A stretch of 27,964 bases of DNA from Candidatus Micrarchaeota archaeon (GCA_041694885.1 JBGFRX010000026.1:1-27964); one strand, 5' to 3'. Shown: positions 8,281 through 16,675, counted from the stretch's first letter. Notes: generated by a model from the sequence alone, not told the origin. A program made the numbers and translations.

Positions 8281-8679
8281 ATGAAATATTTGAAAAAATG
8301 CGAAAAGTCGCGCAAACGCCTTGACGCGCTCTTTTCAAAACTCGAGGGAAGGATCATAGTAGTTGAGGGCAAGAGGGATGCCGAAGCGCTCGCGCACCTC
8401 GGGTTCGGCTCTTATGCTGCTGCGGGCAGGGTGAGAAGTCTTGTGTCCCGGGTTTTGGATTCCGAAACCGAGAACCCAAAACGGGAAAGCTGCGTTGTAC
8501 TCACTGATCTGGATGATGCAGGGGACGAGCTTGCATTGCTGGTGAGAAGCGAACTTGAACCCTATGTGAAATGCGATATTGAAACAAGGAAACGGATAGG
8601 CGCGATTCTCGACTTCAGGCATTTCGAGGACATCGAAAGGAAACTGGAAAAGTTCAATGAGGAAAACAAAGTGGAATGA
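8281..8679 (+). CDS. Small Toprim-domain protein (UPF0292 / RNase M5-like)
   Basis: IIVVEGKRD...AL, VVLTDLDDAG; GGAGG RBS at 8271; typical archaeal position upstream of dnaG. Confidence 0.9.
   Translation: MKYLKKCEKSRKRLDALFSKLEGRIIVVEGKRDAEALAHLGFGSYAAAGRVRSLVSRVLDSETENPKRESCVVLTDLDDAGDELALLVRSELEPYVKCDIETRKRIGAILDFRHFEDIERKLEKFNEENKVE
8437..8492. repeat. Heptamer-period inverted repeat inside the toprim CDS
   Basis: agtcttg tgtcccg ggttttg gattccg | aaaccga gaaccca aaacggg aaagctg. Confidence 0.75.
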
Positions 8680-8782
8680 TGAATGCGAACTAAAACGGGA
8701 GAAAGAATGGGAAAAATGACAACTACCAACGAAATGAAATGTTCGCGGAAATAAATGAAGAAATAAAATGGAAAAAAATTAC

Positions 8783-8903
8783 GGGTGATTGAAATGAATA
8801 AAAAATGCTTCGCGTATGCGCTCGCATTTTTTACATCCAGCGGACATGGAAATGTCCGCTGTCTTTCAATCACAACAGGTAAAAAAGATGGGTGATTGAA
8901 ATG
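8783..8903 (+). promoter_or_regulatory. dnaG leader: duplicated initiation region, anti-RBS, two hairpins and a 33-codon uORF
   Basis: gggtgattgaaatg at 8783-8796 and 8890-8903; tttcaatcac (8864-8873) complementary to both; uORF 8794-8895. Confidence 0.55.
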
Positions 8904-10322
8904 GCGAAGACGTACATAGACACTGTGAAATATCTCGTTTACGCGGAAATGGAAATAGGAGGTCTCGTGGAAAAGCCGGACGTTGTGGGAGCTGTGTTCG
9001 GCCAGACCGAGGGACTGCTCGGCGACGATCTCGACCTGCGGGATTTGCAGAAAAACGGAAGGATAGGCAGGATAGAGGTTGATTTGAACGCAAGGAGCGG
9101 GAAGACGTTCGGGATGCTAAAGGTCCCAAGCTCCCTGGACATGGTGGAGACCTCCATAATCGCGGCATCGCTCGAGGCAGTGGACAGGGTAGGCCCGTGC
9201 GATGCGACGGTGAAGGTACAGAAGATCGAGGATACGAGGAACCAGAAGAGGAAGGTGCTCGTGGACAGGGCGAAGAACCTGCTCAAGACGCTGCTCGCGA
9301 CCGAGATTCCGGAAAGCAAGGAGATAAGCGAAATGGTGCGCGAGCAGGTCAAGACATCGGAAGTGATTGAATACGGACCTGACCGGCTCGCAGCAGGGCC
9401 AGGAATAGAGAAGCTGGAGGAGATAATACTCGTGGAGGGAAGGGCTGACGTGATAAACCTCCTCAGGAACGACATCACTAACGTGATTGCGATAGGGGGA
9501 GCGAAAGTGCCGAGGGGCATCGTGGAGCTATCGCGAGGCAAGGAAGTAACTGCATTCTTTGATGGGGACAGGGGAGGGGACATAATCCTCAACGAGCTCA
9601 TACATGCCGGAGTGGAGCTCGACTTTGTCGCAAGGGCTCCTGTTGGAAAGGAAGTGGAGGAACTCACGAGAAAGGAGATTATAAAGGTGCTCAGGAGCAA
9701 GGTGCCTGTTGAGCAGGCTGAGGAGCAGAAGGCAAAGCTGTTCGCCCAGCCCTACCAGACGCCAAGAAGATATCTTGTGGAGCAGTCGCAGATTGTCCAG
9801 CCGTCTGCAGTTGCGCGCGCAGAGGAACGCGCTCCTGAAACAATGAGAAAGGAATTGCAGATGCAACGGACGGAAGGAAAGCGGTTCCCAACGCCTTTAG
9901 TGCAGCCGACGATAATTGAGCGGCTCGAGCAGCTCGTGAAACCGAAGGAGGAGGAAAGCGCAGAGCAACGGGAAGGAACCGGAATTCCTGGGGCAAAATC
10001 CCCTGGAAGGGAAGCGCAGGCGCCAAAGGTAGTGAAAAGAGATAAGGAGCAACTCATGAACGAGCTGAATGAACTGAGCAATACGCTCAAGGCGCGGCTT
10101 TACTCTTCCGACGGAGCGCTCGTGAAGGAAATCCCCGTAAGGGACGTGATAAAGTCCATTGGAGAAACCGAAGACGTCGAAACAGTTGTGTTCGACGGCA
10201 TAATAACCCAGCGGCTGGTGGACATCGCGACGGGCAAAGGAGTAAAGACCATAATAGGCGTGAAGCTCGGCAACGTAGGCAAGAAACCAGAAGCCCTTGA
10301 GATAATCACAAGGGGCAAATAG
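8901..10322 (+). CDS. dnaG: Archaeal DnaG-type primase / exosome-associated protein
   Basis: VEKPDVVGAVFGQTEGLLG, LDLRDLQKNGRIGRI, VEGRADVINL, FFDGDRGG, FDGIITQRLVD. Confidence 0.97.
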   Translation: MAKTYIDTVKYLVYAEMEIGGLVEKPDVVGAVFGQTEGLLGDDLDLRDLQKNGRIGRIEVDLNARSGKTFGMLKVPSSLDMVETSIIAASLEAVDRVGPCDATVKVQKIEDTRNQKRKVLVDRAKNLLKTLLATEIPESKEISEMVREQVKTSEVIEYGPDRLAAGPGIEKLEEIILVEGRADVINLLRNDITNVIAIGGAKVPRGIVELSRGKEVTAFFDGDRGGDIILNELIHAGVELDFVARAPVGKEVEELTRKEIIKVLRSKVPVEQAEEQKAKLFAQPYQTPRRYLVEQSQIVQPSAVARAEERAPETMRKELQMQRTEGKRFPTPLVQPTIIERLEQLVKPKEEESAEQREGTGIPGAKSPGREAQAPKVVKRDKEQLMNELNELSNTLKARLYSSDGALVKEIPVRDVIKSIGETEDVETVVFDGIITQRLVDIATGKGVKTIIGVKLGNVGKKPEALEIITRGK

Positions 10323-10326
10323 CCGC

Positions 10327-10354
10327 AAACGCCGAAACCCTGAGCGGGAAACTG
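10327..10354. repeat. Short degenerate heptamer array
   Basis: aaacgcc gaaaccc tgagcgg gaaactg. Confidence 0.45.
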
Positions 10355-10370
10355 CCTGTACGGTGAGACG

Positions 10371-11639
10371 GTGCCCAAAATCTTCATAAAGACGTGGGGC
10401 TGCACCCTCAACCAGAGCGACGGCGATATAATGAAGGCGCTGCTGGAAAAAGAGGGGCACGAGCTTGTTTTTGACGAACGCGAAGCGGACGCAATAGTGC
10501 TGAATACGTGCACTGTGAAAGGCGCCACTGAAAACAAGATAGTTTCCGCGCTCAGGAAGCGAAGGAAGGAAGGAAAAAACGTGGTGGTTGCTGGCTGCCT
10601 CACTGTGAATCTGGAAAAAATACTCCGGGTAAATTCGAACGCAGTAGTTGTGGGTGCAGGAGCCACGCAATTTATTGGAGAGGCGGTGCGGCTCGCCCTG
10701 GAAGGAAAGCCGGGGAAATTCATCGCAGTGGAGCGCAAATTTCATCTTCCGAGAAATTTCTCCTCTCCGATCGCGCGGCTGCCAATATGCGAGGGATGCG
10801 CGGGAAAATGCTCATTCTGCCAGACGCGCCTCGCAAGGCCACTTCTGATCAGCTATCCTGCAAAGGAGGTAGTTCGCCTTGCCGAGGAAGCGGTTGCGAA
10901 AGGAGCAAGGGAAATCCAGCTCACTGGAATGGACACGGGCGCATATGGAATGGATATCGGAACTGACCTGGTTTCGCTCCTGCGCGAACTCCTTAAGGTG
11001 AACGGGGCGTTCAGGGTGCGGCTCGGAATGATAAATCCCGGGCACGTGCGGCGGATGGAAAATGGGCTAGTGGAAATTTTCAAGGAAAGGAAAATGTACA
11101 AATTCCTGCACATGCCTGTGCAGACGGGCAGCGAAAAGGTGTGCAAGGAAATGAAAAGGCAGCACAGCGTTGCTGATTTCGAAAACTCGGTTTGGAAATT
11201 CAGGGAGGAAATTCCGGGCATAATGATTGCTACGGATATTATTGCGGGTTATCCTACTGAAAGCGAGGATGATTACGGGCAGACGCTGGCTATGCTGGAG
11301 CAGGTTCGGCCGGATATCGCGAACATTTCCGGATTCACCGCGAGAGCGGGCACTGTGGCAAAAGGGCTGAGGCAGCTGAAAACCGAAGTTGTGAAGAAAA
11401 GGACGCGGAAAATACACGAGTTGGTGAAAAGAATCGCTAATGAAAACGCGCAAAAATTCGTCGGGATGCGTATGAGAGCCGTCATGACCGAAAACGGGAA
11501 GAATGGGCAGATGAAGGGAAGGGCGGAAAATTACAGGCAGGTGGTGGTGTCAGGAGGGAGCGAACTTCTCGGGAAGGAAATAATGATCAAGATAGAAAAA
11601 GCGAGCCACAGTTCGCTATGTGGAAAAATTATGGACTAA
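10371..11639 (+). CDS. mtaB: MiaB-like radical SAM tRNA methylthiotransferase (archaeal e-MtaB/CDKAL1 type)
   Basis: TWGCTLNQSD, NTCTVK, VAGC, CAGKCSFC, LHMPVQTGS, TDIIAGYPTE; C-terminal TRAM domain. Confidence 0.92.
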   Translation: MPKIFIKTWGCTLNQSDGDIMKALLEKEGHELVFDEREADAIVLNTCTVKGATENKIVSALRKRRKEGKNVVVAGCLTVNLEKILRVNSNAVVVGAGATQFIGEAVRLALEGKPGKFIAVERKFHLPRNFSSPIARLPICEGCAGKCSFCQTRLARPLLISYPAKEVVRLAEEAVAKGAREIQLTGMDTGAYGMDIGTDLVSLLRELLKVNGAFRVRLGMINPGHVRRMENGLVEIFKERKMYKFLHMPVQTGSEKVCKEMKRQHSVADFENSVWKFREEIPGIMIATDIIAGYPTESEDDYGQTLAMLEQVRPDIANISGFTARAGTVAKGLRQLKTEVVKKRTRKIHELVKRIANENAQKFVGMRMRAVMTENGKNGQMKGRAENYRQVVVSGGSELLGKEIMIKIEKASHSSLCGKIMD

Positions 11640-11655
11640 TGAAGAACTAATTAAT

Positions 11656-12150
11656 CTAATTGTAGAGATATAGATCCAAGGCAGCAGGGATCTGATAGGA
11701 GTCGTTAACGTAGAGCACGAATATCCTTCTTACCTTCGCGACGTTTGCCGTTTTCATGTTTTCCGGATCACCGCCTTTGCGCAGTATTTCCGTCCCCTTT
11801 TCAGTAGTTACGACTATGAAAAGGCTGTATGGGCTATTGAACGTGCGCTTCAGCTCAGCTTCGCCGGAAGGAAGCTCAAGAAGAGTGCTTCTTTTCACCA
11901 CGTTTTTTCCGGACGAATCGGTGAAAAAAGCCGGAGTGAACATGCCGTCGGTTATGCGTGCTGCCTCGCGGCTCAGTTCCTCGTCTTTGGAATCGAGTGC
12001 TGATTTCACGCTGAACCAGTAGCTAAGGAACGAGATGAATGTTAGTATAAATATCACCGAGGCGACTATCGCGTCGAAGCTGAAATACTGGCCTTTCCTG
12101 CAATTTTTTTTGCAGTCCGTTGCACATCCGTTTCTGATTCTCCATCTCAT
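11656..12150 (-). CDS. Class III signal peptide (pilin-like) protein
   Basis: RKG|QYFSFDAIVASVIFIL: cleavage motif followed by hydrophobic helix; alternative GTG start at 12159. Confidence 0.8.
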   Translation of the reverse strand: MRWRIRNGCATDCKKNCRKGQYFSFDAIVASVIFILTFISFLSYWFSVKSALDSKDEELSREAARITDGMFTPAFFTDSSGKNVVKRSTLLELPSGEAELKRTFNSPYSLFIVVTTEKGTEILRKGGDPENMKTANVAKVRRIFVLYVNDSYQIPAALDLYLYN

Positions 12151-12152
12151 CT

Positions 12153-12659
12153 TTAGCACCCTGATTGCGAAATCGAGACATTTTCGCCGTCGTTGTAGAA
12201 ATTAACCGAAGCAAGGGAAGTGTTTATTTCGTAATAGATCTCTCCTGATGGGCTGAACGTGCGTACGCACTCTCCTGCAAGCAATGTGATATTCGCCACC
12301 GGATAGGTGTAGGTTGCGTTGTTCCAGCTCCAGGTTATGAATACGAACGCCTTCTTCGAATCCGTTGCCGGCTTGAACTGCACCGCATACGGCTTTCCAA
12401 GAATCTGCCTCTCGAATTTCATGGTGTAGTTGAAGCCTGCCTGGCCGCTCATCGCAGTATTCGCATGCGACGCGAAGTTCTCCCCGAACCACTTCACGTA
12501 GAGCGATTCCTTTGCTGAGACCTCGCTGCTCTGTATGAAGAATATCGTGAAATAGGCGGCTATCACCATTGCGAGGAAGATTCCGGAATAGACGAAGAAC
12601 TCGGTTGCAATCTGGCCCTTTGCGCATTCATCTGCATCAGTTCGCGTGCGTTGCATCAT
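12153..12659 (-). CDS. Class III signal peptide (pilin-like) protein
   Basis: AKG|QIATEFFVYSGIFLAMV: Q at +1, E at +5. Confidence 0.85.
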   Translation of the reverse strand: MMQRTRTDADECAKGQIATEFFVYSGIFLAMVIAAYFTIFFIQSSEVSAKESLYVKWFGENFASHANTAMSGQAGFNYTMKFERQILGKPYAVQFKPATDSKKAFVFITWSWNNATYTYPVANITLLAGECVRTFSPSGEIYYEINTSLASVNFYNDGENVSISQSGC

Positions 12660-13117
12660 TGCAGCATCACCCGGCCGCTCTCCATCTTCGCGCTCACGCT
12701 TACGAGCCCTGTGCGTGAAACCGAAAAATCGCCGACATTTGCAAAAACCGGCTCTGAAATCTCGTACATGCCCATGGAAGTGGAGAGATAAATGGTTACC
12801 AAATTGCCCGAGACGGTGAGGTTTTTGCAGTTGAAAGGAAGATTGAGCACCATCGTGCGCTTGGAGCCGTTGCCCTCCAGGTAAACCTCGTTTATGTTAT
12901 CTACGAGCTGCTGCACACTCGCCTTTCCGTGCGAAAGTGAGAGATCCTCAAGACGAAGACCAGAGGAGGAAAGCGCAAGCAGCACTATCGGGACTGAAAA
13001 CGCGAGAAGTGTTGCTACGCTCACGAACATCTCAAACGCGGACTGCGCCTTCAGGTATTTTGCGTTTTGCTCTCCGTGTTTTGCTCCGGAACCGGAAACC
13101 TGGAACTGGAAACTCAT
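12656..13117 (-). CDS. Class III signal peptide (pilin-like) protein
   Basis: LKA|QSAFEMFVSV (Q+1, E+5); INEVYLEGNGSKRT motif; ATG overlaps the upstream stop (TAATG). Confidence 0.85.
   Translation of the reverse strand: MSFQFQVSGSGAKHGEQNAKYLKAQSAFEMFVSVATLLAFSVPIVLLALSSSGLRLEDLSLSHGKASVQQLVDNINEVYLEGNGSKRTMVLNLPFNCKNLTVSGNLVTIYLSTSMGMYEISEPVFANVGDFSVSRTGLVSVSAKMESGRVMLQ
13056..13115. repeat. Heptamer-period array encoding the prepilin N-terminus
   Basis: tattttg cgttttg ctctccg tgttttg ... ggaaccg gaaacct ggaactg gaaactc. Confidence 0.7.
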
Positions 13118-14727
13118 TAGCCGCACCCTGCGCGGCCGTCGCCGCACGATATGTCGTTTTCATTGATTATGCCATATGCTTCGAGTGAATCGCCGCTCAG
13201 GCGGAAATGTCCCAGCGGGGCATTGTCGCCTACTCCGGTGGAGCACATGCCTAAACTCTTGCATCCGGGCATGCCGCGCACCTTCGCGCCTTCTATCCTG
13301 GAGAAGAACTCGAAATCCACCCTGCTGTAATTGTTGTAGTCCGGGAGCTCGCTTCCTCCTGCCCATTTTCCAACGAGCAGCGCCTCCATCCCGAATGTGC
13401 TATTCAAGGAAAGCGCGCCGCGCGAAAGCCGCTGCGCGTAAGAAGGCGCACGCCCGGAAGAAATGAAGTAAGCACACACGGTGGCGTCGCGCAGCTTCTC
13501 TATTTCGTATGCCGCGGCTCCATTCCTTTTTTGGAATACGCTGTTCGGCAGGGCTGCAGAGACATCTTTCACTGAGGAATTGGCGATTATAAGCACACGG
13601 CGCTCTCCGTCAGGGCCGCTGAATTCGCTCATGTTGAAGCCGGGCATCACGACAAAGGGGACGCTCGTCTGCCAGGAGATGCTGAGTTTGCATTCGGACG
13701 TGCCCGTGGACCTGGAATAGGTTATTGCCATAAACGTTTCGGTTTCGCTCAGGGAATCGCAGTTGTCCAGGCGCTCGCTTCCGGGCCCGTTGGTTATTAT
13801 GTACGCGCCGAACTGCTGGTATGCATACGCACCGGTTATTTCCGAGAAATTCCCCACGAGAATGTACTGGCCCCGGAGCGATTCAACGGGGTTTGAGGAA
13901 GAGACATCTTTTGCTGAAATCATCGAACCGTAGAAGAAGCCCTGGCCGTCAGAACCGTTTGCGACCTTAATGGGCGCAACGGAGGAAGGCGAAATGCCAC
14001 CTCTGAAGAATATTTGCTTTTCGGTCGCGTTTTCGGTTCCGAATATTTTCTGCGTCTCCCTTTTTATCATCGGATCCGGGAAACCGCTCACGTTGAACTT
14101 CTTCTCAAGATGGAAGGTGCGGTCTATGGAAAGGGTGGAGAGCCGGTCCTGCACGAAAATCGTGACGTTCATGGATGCAGCGAAGGTTACGTGGTCCACC
14201 TGGGTGAAATTCTCCGCGTGAATTTCAAAACTTTTCACTTCCAGACCTGCCGGCTTGAGCACTGACTCGAGGTTGTTGAGCCACGCACCGAACGTGTACG
14301 TTTCTCTTTCAAAAGAGGAATAGGAGAGGTTTTCCGACTCGAACGCATCCGATTTGCCTTCGAAAACGGAGCTGAAGAACGCGTCCCTCAGGTAGAAGAG
14401 CTCGTCGCTCGAATTGTACTTCATTGGATGCGCGATATCAGATGCGTGAGCGTTTATCCTGTAGAGTGCATAATTGCCCGAGATGTCGAAGAAGTTCATG
14501 AAGCGCTCCCCGCTCAGTTCGGAGACGATGCCCTGGATGCCTGCTGCGCGGAATTTTTCCGAAGCGGTCTTCTCGGATATTTCCACGGCGTTCACCCACG
14601 CAGCGAGGTAGAGGAATATGTACATTATGAGAATGAAGGAGATGAGCACGAAGAAAAATCCCCTGGATGTTTTCGTTCTGAAAGGTGTCGCGGATCGCTG
14701 CGCAACTTCCTTTGTTCTGGATTTCAT
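13117..14727 (-). CDS. Large pilin-like / adhesin protein with class III-type signal
   Basis: TSRG|FFFVLISFILIMYIFL; G-x-x-DP motif (SGFPDPM); APSYAQRL; many N-x-S/T sequons. Confidence 0.75.
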   Translation of the reverse strand: MKSRTKEVAQRSATPFRTKTSRGFFFVLISFILIMYIFLYLAAWVNAVEISEKTASEKFRAAGIQGIVSELSGERFMNFFDISGNYALYRINAHASDIAHPMKYNSSDELFYLRDAFFSSVFEGKSDAFESENLSYSSFERETYTFGAWLNNLESVLKPAGLEVKSFEIHAENFTQVDHVTFAASMNVTIFVQDRLSTLSIDRTFHLEKKFNVSGFPDPMIKRETQKIFGTENATEKQIFFRGGISPSSVAPIKVANGSDGQGFFYGSMISAKDVSSSNPVESLRGQYILVGNFSEITGAYAYQQFGAYIITNGPGSERLDNCDSLSETETFMAITYSRSTGTSECKLSISWQTSVPFVVMPGFNMSEFSGPDGERRVLIIANSSVKDVSAALPNSVFQKRNGAAAYEIEKLRDATVCAYFISSGRAPSYAQRLSRGALSLNSTFGMEALLVGKWAGGSELPDYNNYSRVDFEFFSRIEGAKVRGMPGCKSLGMCSTGVGDNAPLGHFRLSGDSLEAYGIINENDISCGDGRAGCG

Positions 14728-14731
14728 GGAA

Positions 14732-15319
14732 TTACCTGAAAACGCTCAGCCGCACGAGCCCCAGCGTTGCCTTTCCCTCCTTGTAAAGCGATTTTGGCTT
14801 GTCGCACTGAGTGGGGCAGATGCTGCTGCTGCAGGTTATATAGCAGTACGGGCTTTCCCTTCCCCTTGGACCGGAATCCGTGTAGCCGAAAAATATCGAA
14901 TATGAGGAGACCCTGAGCTTGTGGTAAAGGGAATTGTGCGCCTCATCTCTGCAAAGAGACGTCCCATTTGTGGAATATATTTCCAACCAGCTGTCGGATA
15001 AGGAGTCCCAGAACTCGAGTGAATAGCCGTATTGGTTGGGAATCAGAGCGCCTACGTGAGCGCATACGCTCTCCGGATCCTTCGTGCTCATCAGGTAGTC
15101 AAGCAGCGACATGTCTGCGAAGTCCTTGTCGTCCAACACTTTCGAAGCGTCTGCACTGCCAAGCATCGCGAGGGTGTCGCGCGAGAGGTAACTCGCCTGC
15201 ATGAGGCCCCCGTAATAGCTCGAGGGAACTGCGGCTATGAAAATAAGGGAGTGGAGGACCACGAGCACGATCGTGAGTGCCACGAATGCATCAATTGAGA
15301 ATATGAATGCCTTTGCCAT
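14732..15319 (-). CDS. Class III signal peptide (pilin-like) protein
   Basis: MAKA|FIFSIDAFVALTIVLV; C-terminal GLVRLSVFR strand; Cys-rich loop. Confidence 0.8.
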   Translation of the reverse strand: MAKAFIFSIDAFVALTIVLVVLHSLIFIAAVPSSYYGGLMQASYLSRDTLAMLGSADASKVLDDKDFADMSLLDYLMSTKDPESVCAHVGALIPNQYGYSLEFWDSLSDSWLEIYSTNGTSLCRDEAHNSLYHKLRVSSYSIFFGYTDSGPRGRESPYCYITCSSSICPTQCDKPKSLYKEGKATLGLVRLSVFR

Positions 15320-15343
15320 CGTTTTTCACTTAATCTCTCAATG

Positions 15344-15351
15344 TTTAAAAA
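15344..15351 (-). promoter_or_regulatory. Putative TATA box for the pilin-like cluster
   Basis: TTTTTAAA on the minus strand, ~25 nt upstream of the ATG at 15319. Confidence 0.5.
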
Positions 15352-15372
15352 TCTGATTAAAAATCCGGACAT

Positions 15373-15723
15373 TTATGAGCAATTCTCGTATGCAGTGCCG
15401 CACCTGTTGCACACAGCATAGCCGGTTTTGCATAAGTCCACGAAGCAGCCGGTGGTGTCGCCTGGAGTGCACATTTTCTTTATTATGCACTCGCTCCATT
15501 TGCCTTCCCTGCATGCCCTGTAGCCGGTGCAGTTCTGGAAATTTACGCACTCCGCTTTTTCGCCTGTTATGCATTCCGTTGCTGCAGAAGGCAAGGAAAT
15601 GCTGCCCGGCTGCCAGAGCGCCTCGGGAGGCACCACGACCGAAGGCAGAGCCACGAAAAGCAGCATCAATATCAGGAATGCATCCAAAAAGATCAGGAGC
15701 GCGAACTTTTGCCAGTTGCTCAT
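15373..15723 (-). CDS. Membrane-anchored small protein with two Cys-rich repeats
   Basis: N-terminal TM; CITGEKAEC...CTGYRAC...WSEC and CTPGDTTGC...CKTGYAVC; 11 Cys. Confidence 0.75.
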   Translation of the reverse strand: MSNWQKFALLIFLDAFLILMLLFVALPSVVVPPEALWQPGSISLPSAATECITGEKAECVNFQNCTGYRACREGKWSECIIKKMCTPGDTTGCFVDLCKTGYAVCNRCGTAYENCS

Positions 15724-15736
15724 CCTAACCAAACAT

Positions 15737-16675
15737 TCATTCGTATTTCACGCTTATTTTTTTCTCCTGCTGGGAGAAGATGGCCGGGATGTATGAGCGC
15801 ACATCGAAAAGGCCGCCCTGGGTTGAGGAGACGGTGATTTTGCACACGCTGGGTTCTTCTTCAGTAATGTTCGCAAACTCTGCTGCCTTTCTTATGGCGC
15901 TCTGTTTGTTCCCGAGCGCGTCCACGAGCCCAGCTTCCTTTGCCTGCCTTCCGCTCAGCACCCTCCCGTCCAGAATCTCGTTGAATTTTTCCGCATTCAG
16001 ACGCACGCCCCTGTTCTCGATTACTATGGATTTGAACTCAGAAAAGATTTCGTCCACGAGCGCCTGTAGTATCGCCCTTTCCTTTTCGCTCATGGGCCGC
16101 GCGAAGGAGCCGATGTCCTTGGACTCACCGCTCTTTATCGTGGTTATGTTCGCGCCTATTTTGTCCAGCAACCCGGTGAGGTCGCTCAGCGTCATTATTA
16201 CGCCTATGCTTCCTGTCAGCGTGTCGGGCTCGCTTATTATATAATCAGCGCCTGTGGAAAGATAATATGCGCCGGATGTTGCGATTTCGCGGAAATATGC
16301 GACCTTGGGCTTCTTCAGCCCCTTTATCGCGTCGTATATCTCGTGTGTTGCGACCACGCTTCCTCCTGGCGAATCAACAACGAAAAGCACTGCCTCCACG
16401 TCTTCGCGCTTATCCAGGGCTTTTATCGCAGCCGCTATTTCCTCGCTTCCTGGAATCTCGTTGCTGAATAGTGATTGGGGGGTTGTGCGCGTGGTTATCT
16501 CGTCGCTTATCTCCACCACACCTATGCATTTTCCGAAAAAAGGGGTTGAAATCGAGGAAAAGAGGAGCATGCCCAAAAACATGAGGAATGTGATTCCGAG
16601 AAGAAGCACCCCGCCATATTTCAGCCAGCTGCCCTGCTGCGGCTGTTGGGTCGCAATCTTGAATCGCATGGACAT
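15737..16675 (-). CDS. sppA: Signal peptide peptidase SppA (peptidase S49)
   Basis: VDSPGGS, ATSGAYYLS, TLTGSIGV, KSGESKDIGS, GRQAKEAGLVD. Confidence 0.96.
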   Translation of the reverse strand: MSMRFKIATQQPQQGSWLKYGGVLLLGITFLMFLGMLLFSSISTPFFGKCIGVVEISDEITTRTTPQSLFSNEIPGSEEIAAAIKALDKREDVEAVLFVVDSPGGSVVATHEIYDAIKGLKKPKVAYFREIATSGAYYLSTGADYIISEPDTLTGSIGVIMTLSDLTGLLDKIGANITTIKSGESKDIGSFARPMSEKERAILQALVDEIFSEFKSIVIENRGVRLNAEKFNEILDGRVLSGRQAKEAGLVDALGNKQSAIRKAAEFANITEEEPSVCKITVSSTQGGLFDVRSYIPAIFSQQEKKISVKYE

